Shown: positions 35,938-45,075, counted from the stretch's first letter. The stretch is DNA of 64,000 nucleotides from an uncultured Bacteriovoracaceae bacterium (GCA_937952285.1 CALFZE010000048.1:3320-67319), one strand, 5' to 3'. Numbers and translations: made by a program. The notes: generated from the sequence alone by a model not told the origin.

Positions 35938-36858
35938 ATGCGACTCGAGGAGGAGCGCCAAAGCCAGACGCCGGAAGAACCGACGCTCGCGCCGGTTTCT
36001 CCGCGTCGTCCTATCGCCCCGGCCGGCCCGGCCAAGCGCCCTCGTCGCTCGCCGCGCGGTTTCTCGGCCGTGCCCGAACTCTCGAAGGGGCTCAAGATCT
36101 CGCTCTTCCTGCACGGGCTCCTGTCCGTCGGATTTCTCGTGAACACGCTCGTCGAGCATTTGGATCCCGAGGCCCAGGTCGCACGCCTGAAGGCCCGCGA
36201 AGTCCGCAACGCGATTCGCGTCGACGTCGTCGATCTGCCGTCGTTGAAGCCCGAACAGCTGGCCATGGTCGATCCGACGGTGGAGCCCACGAAGAACGGC
36301 AGCCAGGAATCCAAACCGCCCGAGGCTTCGCCGGACGCGATGGTCGAGCCGAAGGACGCGAAGCCCGCCAAGCCCGATCCCAAGGTGGCCAAGAAGGACG
36401 CCAAGGTTCCGGACAAGCCGGGCGTCCAAGACGTCCGCGAGCGACTTCGCGCCGAGCAAAAACGCCAGGAACTCATGGCGAAACTCAAAGGCGAAGCTTC
36501 GACCGGCGGCGGCGGGCGTCCGTTGCTGGCCGGCAACAAGATCTCCGAAGGGTATTCCGTCACGGGCGACGTCGCGAAGGACCAGGATATCTACGTGGGC
36601 AAGATCGAAGCGCGCCTGCGCCAATTCTGGACGGTGCCGGCCTGGATGGACACGGGCAAGCTGACGGCCAAGGTTCTCGTCAAAGTCGCGCCCGACGGGC
36701 GCGTGATCTCGAAAGAGTTTCTCAAGTCGAGCGGTAACGCCGAGTTCGACGGCTACGTCGTCTCGACGATCGAGCGTGCGAGCCCGCTGCCGCCGCCGCC
36801 CGACACGCTCAAGCACATCGCGCTCGAAAATGGCTTCGAATGGGGGTTCCCGAAATGA
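35938..36858 (+). CDS. tolA: TolA-like protein (TM anchor, Lys/Pro/Ala-rich linker, TonB/TolA C-terminal domain)
   Basis: Architecture and position between tolR and tolB. C-terminal YVGKIEARLRQFWTVPAWMDTGKLTAKVLVKVAPDGRV is TonB_C/TolA_C-like. Confidence 0.55.
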   Translation: MRLEEERQSQTPEEPTLAPVSPRRPIAPAGPAKRPRRSPRGFSAVPELSKGLKISLFLHGLLSVGFLVNTLVEHLDPEAQVARLKAREVRNAIRVDVVDLPSLKPEQLAMVDPTVEPTKNGSQESKPPEASPDAMVEPKDAKPAKPDPKVAKKDAKVPDKPGVQDVRERLRAEQKRQELMAKLKGEASTGGGGRPLLAGNKISEGYSVTGDVAKDQDIYVGKIEARLRQFWTVPAWMDTGKLTAKVLVKVAPDGRVISKEFLKSSGNAEFDGYVVSTIERASPLPPPPDTLKHIALENGFEWGFPK

Positions 36859-38369
36859 AAACATCGCGCTTTGGATGGGCCGCGCTCGCGGCCCAAGCTC
36901 TTTCGGCATCCCTGGCTTGGGCGCAGATGGCGCCGGTGACTCAGCCAGGCGCGGCGGCGCCGCAACCGGTTGCGTCTCAGCCCCCTCAGCCGGGCGCGAC
37001 CGCGTCTCAGCCCCCTCAGCCGGGCGCGACCGCGTCTCAGCCCCCTCAGCCGGGCGCAACCGCGTCTCAGCCCCCTCAGCCGGGCGCAACCGCGTCTCAG
37101 CCGACCGCGTCGACCTCCGAAAGCGGTCGCATTTATATCGCGGTCGGAAGTCCGAACGTGAAGAAGGTGCTGCTCGCCATCGAGACGACGCGCGGGACCC
37201 AAGGTCTCATGGGTGATTTCTACGCGACGCTCACGAACGACATGGACTACACGGATCTCTTCGAGGTCCTGCCTCCGGGGCGTCTGCCGCCCGCCAAGGC
37301 CCTCGGTACCATCGACGTGAACGTCTACCGCGGACTCGGCGTCGAGTTCGTCCTCCAAAGTAGCGTCGAGCGCAAGGCCAACGGCCAGGTCGAAGCGCAG
37401 GTGCGACTCTTCGACGTGTCGCGCGGCACGCAGATCCTGGGTCGTGCCTATCCCCTCGTGTCCGCGAGCGGCCAGCCCGCACGTGAACTCGCGCATTACG
37501 CCGGCAACGACATCATCCAAACGCTCACGGGTGAACCCGGAATTTTCCGCACCCGTTTGCTCATGAGCTGCGGCAACCGCACCAAAGAAATCTACATCAT
37601 GGATTTCGACGGCATGAACGTGCGCCAACTCACGCAGGATCGCAACTTCGCGCTTTCGCCTTCGTGGGCGCCCGACGGCAAGCGCCTTCTCTTCACGTCG
37701 TACAAGCCGGCCGTCAAGGGCGGCGCGCTCAACCCGAACCTCTACCTCTACGACATGTCCAATCAGCAGCGTCGCCTGTTGAGCGCGGCGCGCGGTTTGA
37801 ACACGGGTGGGGCCTTCCATCCGCGCGACGACAAGGTCGCGTACACCTTCTCGCAAAACGGTCGCCCCGAGATCTACGTGCTCGACCTGAGCTCGAACAC
37901 CCGCCGCGCGATCACCAAGACGCAGTTCTTCAGCGTCGAGCCGGCCTGGTCGCCGGACGGCACGCGCCTCGCGTATTCGAGCAGCGCCACGGGTCGCCCG
38001 CACATTTACGTCGCAAGTTCCGAGGGAACGAACGCCGTGCGCCTGACCTTCGCGGGCGTCTACAACAGCTCGCCCCAATGGGCCCCGCGCGGCGATCGCA
38101 TCGTGTTCTCGGGCCAAGAGAACAAGGCGAACAACTTCAACGTCTTTTCGATCGACCCGAACGGTTCCAACTTGCAGCGCCTGACCGACGGCCGCCACTC
38201 GAGCGAGAACCCGGTCTGGAGCCCGGACGGCCGCCACATCGCTTTCTCCAGCAACCAAGACGGCCAGTACCGCATCTACGTCATGAGCGCCCGCGGCACC
38301 AAGATCCGCGTCCTCTCTCCCCGCAACCTAGGCCCTTGCAAACAGCCCTCCTGGTCCCCGCGCCTCTAG
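36855..38369 (+). CDS. tolB: TolB (Tol-Pal system periplasmic beta-propeller protein)
   Basis: ATG overlaps the tolA stop. Signal peptide. N-terminal TolB domain, then WD-like blades (SPSWAPDGKRLLF, EPAWSPDGTRLAY, SPQWAPRGDRIVF, NPVWSPDGRHIAF). Confidence 0.8.
   Translation: MKTSRFGWAALAAQALSASLAWAQMAPVTQPGAAAPQPVASQPPQPGATASQPPQPGATASQPPQPGATASQPPQPGATASQPTASTSESGRIYIAVGSPNVKKVLLAIETTRGTQGLMGDFYATLTNDMDYTDLFEVLPPGRLPPAKALGTIDVNVYRGLGVEFVLQSSVERKANGQVEAQVRLFDVSRGTQILGRAYPLVSASGQPARELAHYAGNDIIQTLTGEPGIFRTRLLMSCGNRTKEIYIMDFDGMNVRQLTQDRNFALSPSWAPDGKRLLFTSYKPAVKGGALNPNLYLYDMSNQQRRLLSAARGLNTGGAFHPRDDKVAYTFSQNGRPEIYVLDLSSNTRRAITKTQFFSVEPAWSPDGTRLAYSSSATGRPHIYVASSEGTNAVRLTFAGVYNSSPQWAPRGDRIVFSGQENKANNFNVFSIDPNGSNLQRLTDGRHSSENPVWSPDGRHIAFSSNQDGQYRIYVMSARGTKIRVLSPRNLGPCKQPSWSPRL
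36974..37109 (+). repeat. In-frame 30-bp tandem repeat (4 near-identical units plus a partial) inside tolB, encoding (ASQPPQPGAT)n
   Basis: Units at 36974-37003, 37004-37033, 37034-37063 and 37064-37093, with 0-1 mismatch between them. Partial unit 37094-37109. Confidence 0.9.
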
Positions 38370-38374
38370 TTTAC

Positions 38375-38845
38375 TTAGAGAGTGGAAGCCCACGTTCCCC
38401 TCGCTCCCGAATCGCGTATCTCCGGAATGAGGGTGCTGAGGGGGCGAGGCAGGAGTGGGACGTCGTTCAATCGCCGAACCGGAATCCAAGAGAACTTCAG
38501 GTGTGATTCCTTAGATCGAGGATCGGCGGCGATATTTTCGGGAAGGGCTTTTACTTCGAAGAGATAGTTGACCTCGATGATTTTAACTTTTTGGTCGTCG
38601 AATGTTCGCTCATGAATCCATGTGTTTTCGAGGCAACCGAAGAACCCTCCGACTTTGATTTTCCAGCCGAGTTCTTCGTCCCATTCACGGGCAAGCGCAG
38701 TCGGAATGCTCTCTCCGGGCTCGACGCTGCCACCGGGCAGAAAGAAGTGCCCCTGGCCCGGTCGCATGTCTTGGACCAGAAGGATTTCATCTTCTTTGAA
38801 AAGGACCCCACGTGCGAGTTTGAGTTCCTTCAGGAGAAAATCCAT
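38375..38845 (-). CDS. NUDIX hydrolase
   Basis: Nudix box GGSVEPGESIPTALAREWDEELG (GX5EX7REUXEEXGU). The gene is conspicuously lower in GC than its neighbours. Confidence 0.7.
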   Translation of the reverse strand: MDFLLKELKLARGVLFKEDEILLVQDMRPGQGHFFLPGGSVEPGESIPTALAREWDEELGWKIKVGGFFGCLENTWIHERTFDDQKVKIIEVNYLFEVKALPENIAADPRSKESHLKFSWIPVRRLNDVPLLPRPLSTLIPEIRDSGARGTWASTL

Positions 38846-38941
38846 CGTTTTCTATTGTAAGCCTTTTCGGGGACAAACAAGGCGTCGTGGATTCCCGATA
38901 CGGAGTTTGACACGGCGGGGTGGCTGGGCGAGTTTTTCTTC

Positions 38942-39148
38942 ATGATCGAGACCGACCTCAAGCGCCTGGAAGAACTCGCCAAACAGATGGAAGCCTCGGA
39001 GCTTCCCCTCGAAAAAGCGCTCGAGCTTTTCCAAGAAGGCGTGGAGCTCGTGAAGCGCTGCACGAAGTCTATCGAGACGGCCGAACTCAAGGTGAAGCAG
39101 ATCCTGGAGAGCTCGGACGGTTCCTTCACCGAAAAGCCGCTCGGCTAA
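38942..39148 (+). CDS. xseB: Exodeoxyribonuclease VII small subunit
   Basis: 68 aa helical hairpin protein (LKRLEELAKQMEASELPLEKALELFQEGVELVKRC). Conserved xseB-ispA-tlyA order. Confidence 0.7.
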   Translation: MIETDLKRLEELAKQMEASELPLEKALELFQEGVELVKRCTKSIETAELKVKQILESSDGSFTEKPLG

Positions 39149-39159
39149 GCGAGGGCCGC

Positions 39160-40020
39160 TTGGAATTCGAAGCCTCGCTTCGTTCGGCCCGTGAATGGGT
39201 CGATGCCCGTTACCTCGAGCGCCGCGCCGCCTTCGGTTGGAGTGAGCGCCTCGCCAAGCAAATCGACCACGTTTTCTTGGGCGCGGGCAAGGCCTTCCGA
39301 CCCGCGCTGCTCTTCTGGACCCGCGCCCAACTCGAGGGGGATTTTTCTCGGCCGCCCGCGCCCATCGTTGATGCCGCTTTGGCGCTGGAGTTCGTGCACA
39401 CTTATTCTCTCGTCCACGACGATTTGCCGGCGATGGACAACGATGATTTTCGGCGCGGTAAACCCACGCTCCATCGACTCTACGGCGAGGCCGATGCCAT
39501 TTTGGCCGGCGACGCCTTACTTACGGCCGCCTTCGAGATTATCGCGACTTCGGGCGGCTCGGCCGAATGGAAAGTCGCCGTTCTCGCTCGTCTCGCCCGC
39601 GCGGCGGGCGGCGCGGGCATGATCGAAGGGCAGCTGCTCGATATCCACGGGGACTCCGAGGACCTCGAACGTCTTCACCGCCGCAAGACCGGGGATCTCA
39701 TTGCGTGCGCGGTCGAAGTGGGCGCGCTCTCTTCGTCGGTTGGCTCTGCCTCACCCACGAGTGACTTCGTTTCGCTGGGGTCGGACTTGGGTTTGTACTT
39801 CCAGATCGTCGATGACTTGTTGGATGATGCCGAAGGCACGGGCAAGACCGCCGGCAAGGACGCGCGTTCGGGTAAGAAGACCTTCGCGGCCGATCCGTTG
39901 GCGGCCCGTCGCCGCTTGGCCGAACTTGCGGGCGCGACGCAATCGACTTCTCTGCGTTTGGGTTTCCGTTCGGGCGCGATCGACTCCCTGCTTTTCTTTC
40001 TCTCCTCGCGTAAGAGTTGA
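39160..40020 (+). CDS. ispA: (2E,6E)-farnesyl/geranylgeranyl diphosphate synthase (polyprenyl synthetase family)
   Basis: First and second aspartate-rich motifs LVHDDLPAMDNDDFRRGKPT and FQIVDDLLD. GKAFRPALL substrate region. TTG start chosen right after xseB, because the ORF-track start lies in another gene's region. Confidence 0.75.
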   Translation: MEFEASLRSAREWVDARYLERRAAFGWSERLAKQIDHVFLGAGKAFRPALLFWTRAQLEGDFSRPPAPIVDAALALEFVHTYSLVHDDLPAMDNDDFRRGKPTLHRLYGEADAILAGDALLTAAFEIIATSGGSAEWKVAVLARLARAAGGAGMIEGQLLDIHGDSEDLERLHRRKTGDLIACAVEVGALSSSVGSASPTSDFVSLGSDLGLYFQIVDDLLDDAEGTGKTAGKDARSGKKTFAADPLAARRRLAELAGATQSTSLRLGFRSGAIDSLLFFLSSRKS

Positions 40021-40023
40021 TCG

Positions 40024-40806
40024 GTGGCCAAGAACAAAGTTCGCGCCGACGAGCTCGTCCACGCCAAGGGCTTTTGCGAAAGCCGCACGCGCGCGCAGGC
40101 CCTCATCCTCGCGGGCCGCGTCCGTTTTCGAAAGTCTCCCGAAGATCGGTGGGAGACCGTGGCGAAGGCGGGTCAGTCCCTTCCCGACGACGTCGAGTTC
40201 GAAGTCGACGATCCCAATCGCCAAGACGTCGGTCGCGGTGCCCAAAAACTGCGCGGGGCTTTGGATCATTGGCGCGATCTGGACGTGAAGGGCGCTTGGG
40301 CGCTCGATATCGGCGCGAGCACCGGTGGTTTTACGCAGGTTCTGCTCGAGCGCGGGGCGGAGAGAGTACTTGCCCTCGACGTCGGTCGGCATCAGCTGCA
40401 CGAACGTTTGCGCGCCGATCCGCGCGTGATTTCCGTCGAAGAACAGCACGTCCTCCGGATCGAGCCCCCCTTTTGGGAAGAGAGGGTCGGGCGTTCGCCT
40501 CCGTTTGGCGTCATCGTGACCGACGTTTCGTTTATTTCCGCCACGAAGCTCGTGGGCGTCGTGGCCGACTGGCTCGCCCCCGGCGCGCCGTGGATCCTGC
40601 TCGTCAAACCGCAGTTCGAACTGGAAGCCCGCAAGGTTCCCCACGGCATCGTGAGGACCGAAGAACATCGGCAAGAAGCCCTGGCCAAGGTCCGGGGCGC
40701 CGTCGAGGCCGACGGTCGTCTCGTTTGGGACGCCATCATCGAAAGCCCGATCCAGGGTGGCGACGGAAACGTCGAGTACCTTGCCAGAATCCGCCGCAAG
40801 GCGTGA
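40024..40806 (+). CDS. tlyA: TlyA-family 16S/23S rRNA (cytidine-2'-O)-methyltransferase
   Basis: N-terminal S4-like region (RADELVHAKGFCESRTRAQALILAGRV). FtsJ-like SAM-binding motif LDIGASTGGFTQVLLERGA. Canonical position after ispA. Confidence 0.75.
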   Translation: MAKNKVRADELVHAKGFCESRTRAQALILAGRVRFRKSPEDRWETVAKAGQSLPDDVEFEVDDPNRQDVGRGAQKLRGALDHWRDLDVKGAWALDIGASTGGFTQVLLERGAERVLALDVGRHQLHERLRADPRVISVEEQHVLRIEPPFWEERVGRSPPFGVIVTDVSFISATKLVGVVADWLAPGAPWILLVKPQFELEARKVPHGIVRTEEHRQEALAKVRGAVEADGRLVWDAIIESPIQGGDGNVEYLARIRRKA

Positions 40807-40807
40807 A

Positions 40808-41833
40808 ATGAAAGTCATGCGCATGAAAATTCCCTTCGCCGCTCTTTTGATCGCGATGCCCTTTCTGTCGGCGGCTTGCGCTTCCCGGCCGACGGCGTTG
40901 GGCGAAAGCGGGGCCCCCGTCGTCGAGACGGTAAAGCCCGTCGAAGACATCGAAGCGCCCGCGCAGGTCGAATCCTCCGAGCTTCCGGCCGAGGCGGCTC
41001 CCGAAGAGGCGCTCCCTCTCCTCGCGGTTTACATCGACGGCGCCGGCTTGGATGCCTTCGAGGCCCTCGGCGTGCTGCAGGAGTTCGAGAAATCCGGATT
41101 GAACCCGCGCTTCGTCGCGGGCGGCGGCTTCGGTTGCTGGATCGCCCTCTCTTGGGCCCTCGAGAACAAGGGCAGCCGCGCCGAATGGCAGGCCTTCAAA
41201 TGGACGAATTGGAACTTCATTCCGAAGGCCGGCGTTCTCGGTCGCTTGCGCGCGATCGGTTCGCGATCCGAATTCGAGGCAGAGTTCAATCGCTTGATGA
41301 CGTCCCACGCTCGGGCCGACTTCGCGATTCCCGTCGCATGCCCTCTCTTCGCCCGGGACGCGGCGCCGAAGCTGGCCGTTTCTTCGGCGCTCCCGGACGC
41401 CCGTAATTTTGCGCTCCAGATGGCCATTCCCGATCTCGGCTTTGCTCCCTCCCGGGATGTCTCGGAGCCTCTTTCCGCGGTCGTGGCGGGAATCCCGGCT
41501 CCCGCGGAACTCGACGAGTTTACGCGCGCGATGCTGGCATCGGGCGAACGCGTCTTTTGGTTGGTCCTCAAAACCCGCCCCGGACGACTGGGGCTGAATG
41601 GGTCGGAAGGCTGGTCAGACTACGCCAAATCGCGCGAAATCCAGCCTGCGACGTCGGGTCATACCCCTTCCGGCCACGGCTACCTCGTGGTGGACATCGC
41701 GAGCGCGGCCGAACCCCCTGACCTTTTGCGCTTTGAGCTGCGCCGTAACCGGCTGCTGTCGGGTCGGGCCAAAGCCGCGGCTTTGAAGCAACGGGAAGAG
41801 CTCAAGAAGTTCTTCCCCCCCAAGCACCCCTGA
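40808..41833 (+). CDS. Patatin-like lipoprotein with degenerate catalytic motifs (possible pseudo-phospholipase)
   Basis: Lipobox PFLSAACAS. Patatin-like layout, but the oxyanion box reads DGAGLD (cf. GGGxRG) and the nucleophile elbow reads GGGFG (cf. GxSxG). Confidence 0.4.
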   Translation: MKVMRMKIPFAALLIAMPFLSAACASRPTALGESGAPVVETVKPVEDIEAPAQVESSELPAEAAPEEALPLLAVYIDGAGLDAFEALGVLQEFEKSGLNPRFVAGGGFGCWIALSWALENKGSRAEWQAFKWTNWNFIPKAGVLGRLRAIGSRSEFEAEFNRLMTSHARADFAIPVACPLFARDAAPKLAVSSALPDARNFALQMAIPDLGFAPSRDVSEPLSAVVAGIPAPAELDEFTRAMLASGERVFWLVLKTRPGRLGLNGSEGWSDYAKSREIQPATSGHTPSGHGYLVVDIASAAEPPDLLRFELRRNRLLSGRAKAAALKQREELKKFFPPKHP

Positions 41834-41912
41834 AAAGACTTCGGGCGCGATCGATCATTTTTTGGCTCTTGCCGGCTTCCCGGGCGGAGGGAACTCCGCC
41901 TAAACTTCTCGT

Positions 41913-42380
41913 ATGGCGATTTCCAGGGTCCTTCAGTCGTCTTCTCTTTTCAAAAACTGGTCCGAGGCCGACTTGGCCAAGCTCGCGACGCTTTGCTCGA
42001 CGCGGGTGCTGACCGGAGGCGAAGCGCTCTTCTACGAGAACGACGAAGCGCCGTCTTTCTACATCATCGAGACGGGTACCATCGCGATCCGCAAGAGCGC
42101 GGCCAGCGGCGACGAAGACGTCGCGAAGATGGGAACCGGCAACCACTTCGGCGAAATGGGACTCTTGGGCGAGGCGCAGCGTCGCTCCGCGACGGCCGAA
42201 GCGGTCGAGCCGACGACGGTCGTCGAGATTCCGATCCGTGCCTTCGAAGACTTGATCAACGAGCACCAAAACGCGGGCCTGCATTTCTACCGCAACTTGG
42301 CCGTGACCTTGGCGGGTCGTATCCGCCGGACGACCGAGGACCTGACGGGCATTCGGTCCTTGCGCTTGCGTCACACCTAG
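41913..42380 (+). CDS. Cyclic-nucleotide-binding domain protein
   Basis: cNMP-binding fold with conserved GEALFYENDEAPSFYIIETGTIAI ... FGEMGLL ... RSATAEAVEPT(T)V. Confidence 0.6.
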   Translation: MAISRVLQSSSLFKNWSEADLAKLATLCSTRVLTGGEALFYENDEAPSFYIIETGTIAIRKSAASGDEDVAKMGTGNHFGEMGLLGEAQRRSATAEAVEPTTVVEIPIRAFEDLINEHQNAGLHFYRNLAVTLAGRIRRTTEDLTGIRSLRLRHT

Positions 42381-42399
42381 GCGAGGGTGGGCCGCATCG

Positions 42400-43416
42400 A
42401 TGGCCCTCGTTTTACGCGCTCCGCAACAGCTCGATCGTGCCCTCGCGACGCTGAAGGCCGGTTTACCCGTCGCTTTGCCGACGGAGACCGTTTACGGCCT
42501 CGCGGCGAACGGGCTTGATCCTCGGGCCCTGGCCGCGATCTTCGCGCTGAAGGCGCGCCCGAATTTCGATCCCCTCATCCTGCACGTTCTCGATATCGAG
42601 CGCGCTTCGGCCGTCGCGGAGTTCCGCTTCGAGCTCGAGCGCTCCTTGGCCCGTGCCTTTTGGCCCGGTCCGCTGACCCTCTTGCTCGAGCGGCGTCCGC
42701 TCGTGCCGGATCTTTGCACCGCCGGGTTGCCGACGGTCGCGCTTCGCGTTCCTTCGCACCCCGTCTTCCGCGAAGTCTTGTCCCGCTTCGGGGGCCCCTT
42801 GGCCGCGCCGAGCGCGAACCGTTTCGGTCGAGTTTCGCCGACCTCCTCGGACGACGTCGTGAAGGAGCTCGGCCCCCACGGTCTCGAAGCCGTGGTCGAG
42901 GGGGGCCGCTGCGATCTGGGCGTGGAGAGCAGCATCGTGCGCGTCGAATCGGAGAGCAGCCTGAAGATCTTGCGTCCGGGGGCGCTCTCGTTGGACGAGC
43001 TTCGCGCGCACGTCGGCCCGGACATCCGCATCTCGATCGAAACCTCGAGCTCGGAGCCGGGGCGAGCGGCGGTCGCGCCGGGAACCCTCGAGAGTCATTA
43101 CGCCCCTCGTTGCCCGCTCTTTTTCGTCGAGGGCGCCGCCCTGCCGCCTTCGGTTGCGACGGAAGGCGCGGTCCTCCTGAGTTTCGCGCCGGAACTTCCC
43201 GCTTGGGCGGCGGACCGCGTTTGGAAACGTCACGTCGTCTTAAGCCCTTCCCGCTCCGACCGCGAAGCCGCGGCCAAGCTTTTCCAGACGCTGCGCGCTT
43301 TCGACGGCGAAAGCCTTGTCGTGGCCGAGCGCCTTCCGGAATCGGGTTTGGGCCTGGCCGTGAACGATCGCTTGCGTCGCGCGGGCGCCGAAGGTCGCCG
43401 TCGCTTCGGCGCCTAG
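42400..43416 (+). CDS. tsaC: L-threonylcarbamoyladenylate synthase (YrdC/Sua5 family)
   Basis: YrdC domain motifs (ALPTETVYGLAANG, PLILHV, GPLTLLL, LAAPSANRFG) plus a Sua5-type C-terminal domain. Confidence 0.75.
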   Translation: MALVLRAPQQLDRALATLKAGLPVALPTETVYGLAANGLDPRALAAIFALKARPNFDPLILHVLDIERASAVAEFRFELERSLARAFWPGPLTLLLERRPLVPDLCTAGLPTVALRVPSHPVFREVLSRFGGPLAAPSANRFGRVSPTSSDDVVKELGPHGLEAVVEGGRCDLGVESSIVRVESESSLKILRPGALSLDELRAHVGPDIRISIETSSSEPGRAAVAPGTLESHYAPRCPLFFVEGAALPPSVATEGAVLLSFAPELPAWAADRVWKRHVVLSPSRSDREAAAKLFQTLRAFDGESLVVAERLPESGLGLAVNDRLRRAGAEGRRRFGA

Positions 43417-43449
43417 GCCCGCTCGCTTGCCTGCCGGGGCGAAGCCCGC

Positions 43450-44196
43450 TTGGATAGCGGCATGAAGCGACAACGGTTCTCCCACGGGCTTTCCATCATG
43501 CTCGAGTCCATCGTGAGCCTTTTCGGTCGGCCCGACGCGCGGGCCTGGTACTCGCGGGCCGTCGGTCGGAGCTTTTCGCTCGGGATCGTTTCGCTCGTCG
43601 TCCTGAACGCGATCGTCTACGGCGCCATCGCGTGGAACCTCGAGGGCTGGCGAAGCTGGGCCGTCGCGATCCTTTGGCTGATCGCTTCTTTTTTTCTGAG
43701 CGGTCGTTTGGCGGGGCTCTTCATGAGCTTGGCGGCCGGCGCCTGGGTCGACGAGCTCGGCCTGATGAGCGTCATCACGGGCGACAAGATCGTTCGTCTG
43801 GAGCGCGCCCGCTTCGGGGACCTTGGGCGCGAGTGGGGGAGCGCGCTGCTGAGCGGCTTGGTCTCGCTGGCGGTCGCGCCGCTTTTCTTTTTTCCGTTGC
43901 TCATCCCGCTCGCGGTCCTGCCGCTCGCGTGGGCGTTAGGCCGCGAGTCCGTCGCGCTCGGACTACGGATCAATCGGCAGAATCTTTCGGGACCGCGCGG
44001 TGGCCTCGAAACCCGCTCGGCGCTCTTCTACGCGGGGCTCGGCTTCGTGCCTGCGCTGTTGTCGCTCTTTCCCGTTCTGGCTTGGATCGCGCTTCCGTTC
44101 CTTCAGCTCGCGGGCGCGCGGGTCGTGCTAAACGAGGCTCCAATCGCGAAGCAGGCCATGTCGGAGTCCCCAATCCGTCACGAGGACTTCCGATAG
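43450..44196 (+). CDS. Hypothetical polytopic membrane protein
   Basis: Several TM helices. 3' end overlaps the convergent ppx/gppA gene by about 69 nt, so the true extent is uncertain. Confidence 0.35.
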   Translation: MDSGMKRQRFSHGLSIMLESIVSLFGRPDARAWYSRAVGRSFSLGIVSLVVLNAIVYGAIAWNLEGWRSWAVAILWLIASFFLSGRLAGLFMSLAAGAWVDELGLMSVITGDKIVRLERARFGDLGREWGSALLSGLVSLAVAPLFFFPLLIPLAVLPLAWALGRESVALGLRINRQNLSGPRGGLETRSALFYAGLGFVPALLSLFPVLAWIALPFLQLAGARVVLNEAPIAKQAMSESPIRHEDFR

Positions 44197-45057
44197 CCCG
44201 GCCCGCTCAAGCAAGTGCTCGAGGATGAGGAGTCCGCTCACCACGATGTCGGCCCTTCCTTCCGCCATGTGCGGAACTTGGAAGCGATCCTTCGCGTCGA
44301 GACGCCGCAAGCGCTCCCCGAGCTCGCGGACTTCTTCCAGGCTCACGACGAGCCCCGCGGGCGAGTGATCCCGGGCCGTCGGCACGAGCTTGGAAGCTAA
44401 CACGAGGGTGCCGCCCACGGCCACGGCCGTCGGCGCCCGATCCGAAGCTCCCGAGAAGAGGCGGTCCCAGTCGGCGGCCGGAAAGAAGTTCGCGATCTCG
44501 CGGTGGGCCTTCGCCCAAGCCGTGTCGTCGACGACCGCGGAGCCGAACCCGAAGGCGTTGTGGCAGCGCACGGCGCCGGCTTGGAAGGAGTGCGCCCGGA
44601 AGCTCGGCTCGATCCGCCCGACCTCGGTCGAAGCTCCGCCCATGTCGAAGAAGAGGCTGCGCCGGTGGGAGAAAACTCGCTCCGAGGCGGCCGCGGCTCC
44701 CTCGATGGCGATCCTCGCTTCCTCGAGTCCGCTCAGCACGCGCACGGGCACGCCGAGAATTTCTTCCGCGAGCGCGGTCACGGCTTCGGGGTTCGTGGCG
44801 TCCCGCACCGCGGAGGTCGCGACGATTTTGACCTCGGGCGCGCCGTGCTCGTCGCGGAAGCCTCGCAGGGCTGTGTTGATTTCGTCGAGGGCGTGTCTCG
44901 TTTTCGCGACAGCTTCGGGCAAAAGTCGGCGCTGGGCCGATCCGGAGCCGAGTCGGGTGATCCAGGACCCCGATCCCAGGACGACCGGCGCGTCGCGTTC
45001 GACCCGGGCCACGGTGAATTTGACGGAGTTACTTCCGATATCGACGACGGCGCGCAT
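44128..45057 (-). CDS. Ppx/GppA-family phosphatase (exopolyphosphatase / pppGpp phosphohydrolase)
   Basis: N-terminal AVVDIGSNSVKFTVA (actin-like ATPase fold phosphate-1 motif) and further Ppx/GppA conserved blocks (DMGGASTE, VAVGGT). Confidence 0.65.
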   Translation of the reverse strand: MRAVVDIGSNSVKFTVARVERDAPVVLGSGSWITRLGSGSAQRRLLPEAVAKTRHALDEINTALRGFRDEHGAPEVKIVATSAVRDATNPEAVTALAEEILGVPVRVLSGLEEARIAIEGAAAASERVFSHRRSLFFDMGGASTEVGRIEPSFRAHSFQAGAVRCHNAFGFGSAVVDDTAWAKAHREIANFFPAADWDRLFSGASDRAPTAVAVGGTLVLASKLVPTARDHSPAGLVVSLEEVRELGERLRRLDAKDRFQVPHMAEGRADIVVSGLLILEHLLERAGLSEVLVTDWGLRHGLLRDWSLV

Positions 45058-45075
45058 CGGGCGTAGTTTAGTCGG

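Noticed and set aside
36974-37109. Possible CRISPR array suggested by 30-bp direct repeats
   Set aside because: Repeats are contiguous with no spacers, lie in-frame within tolB, and encode a peptide repeat. No cas genes are present.
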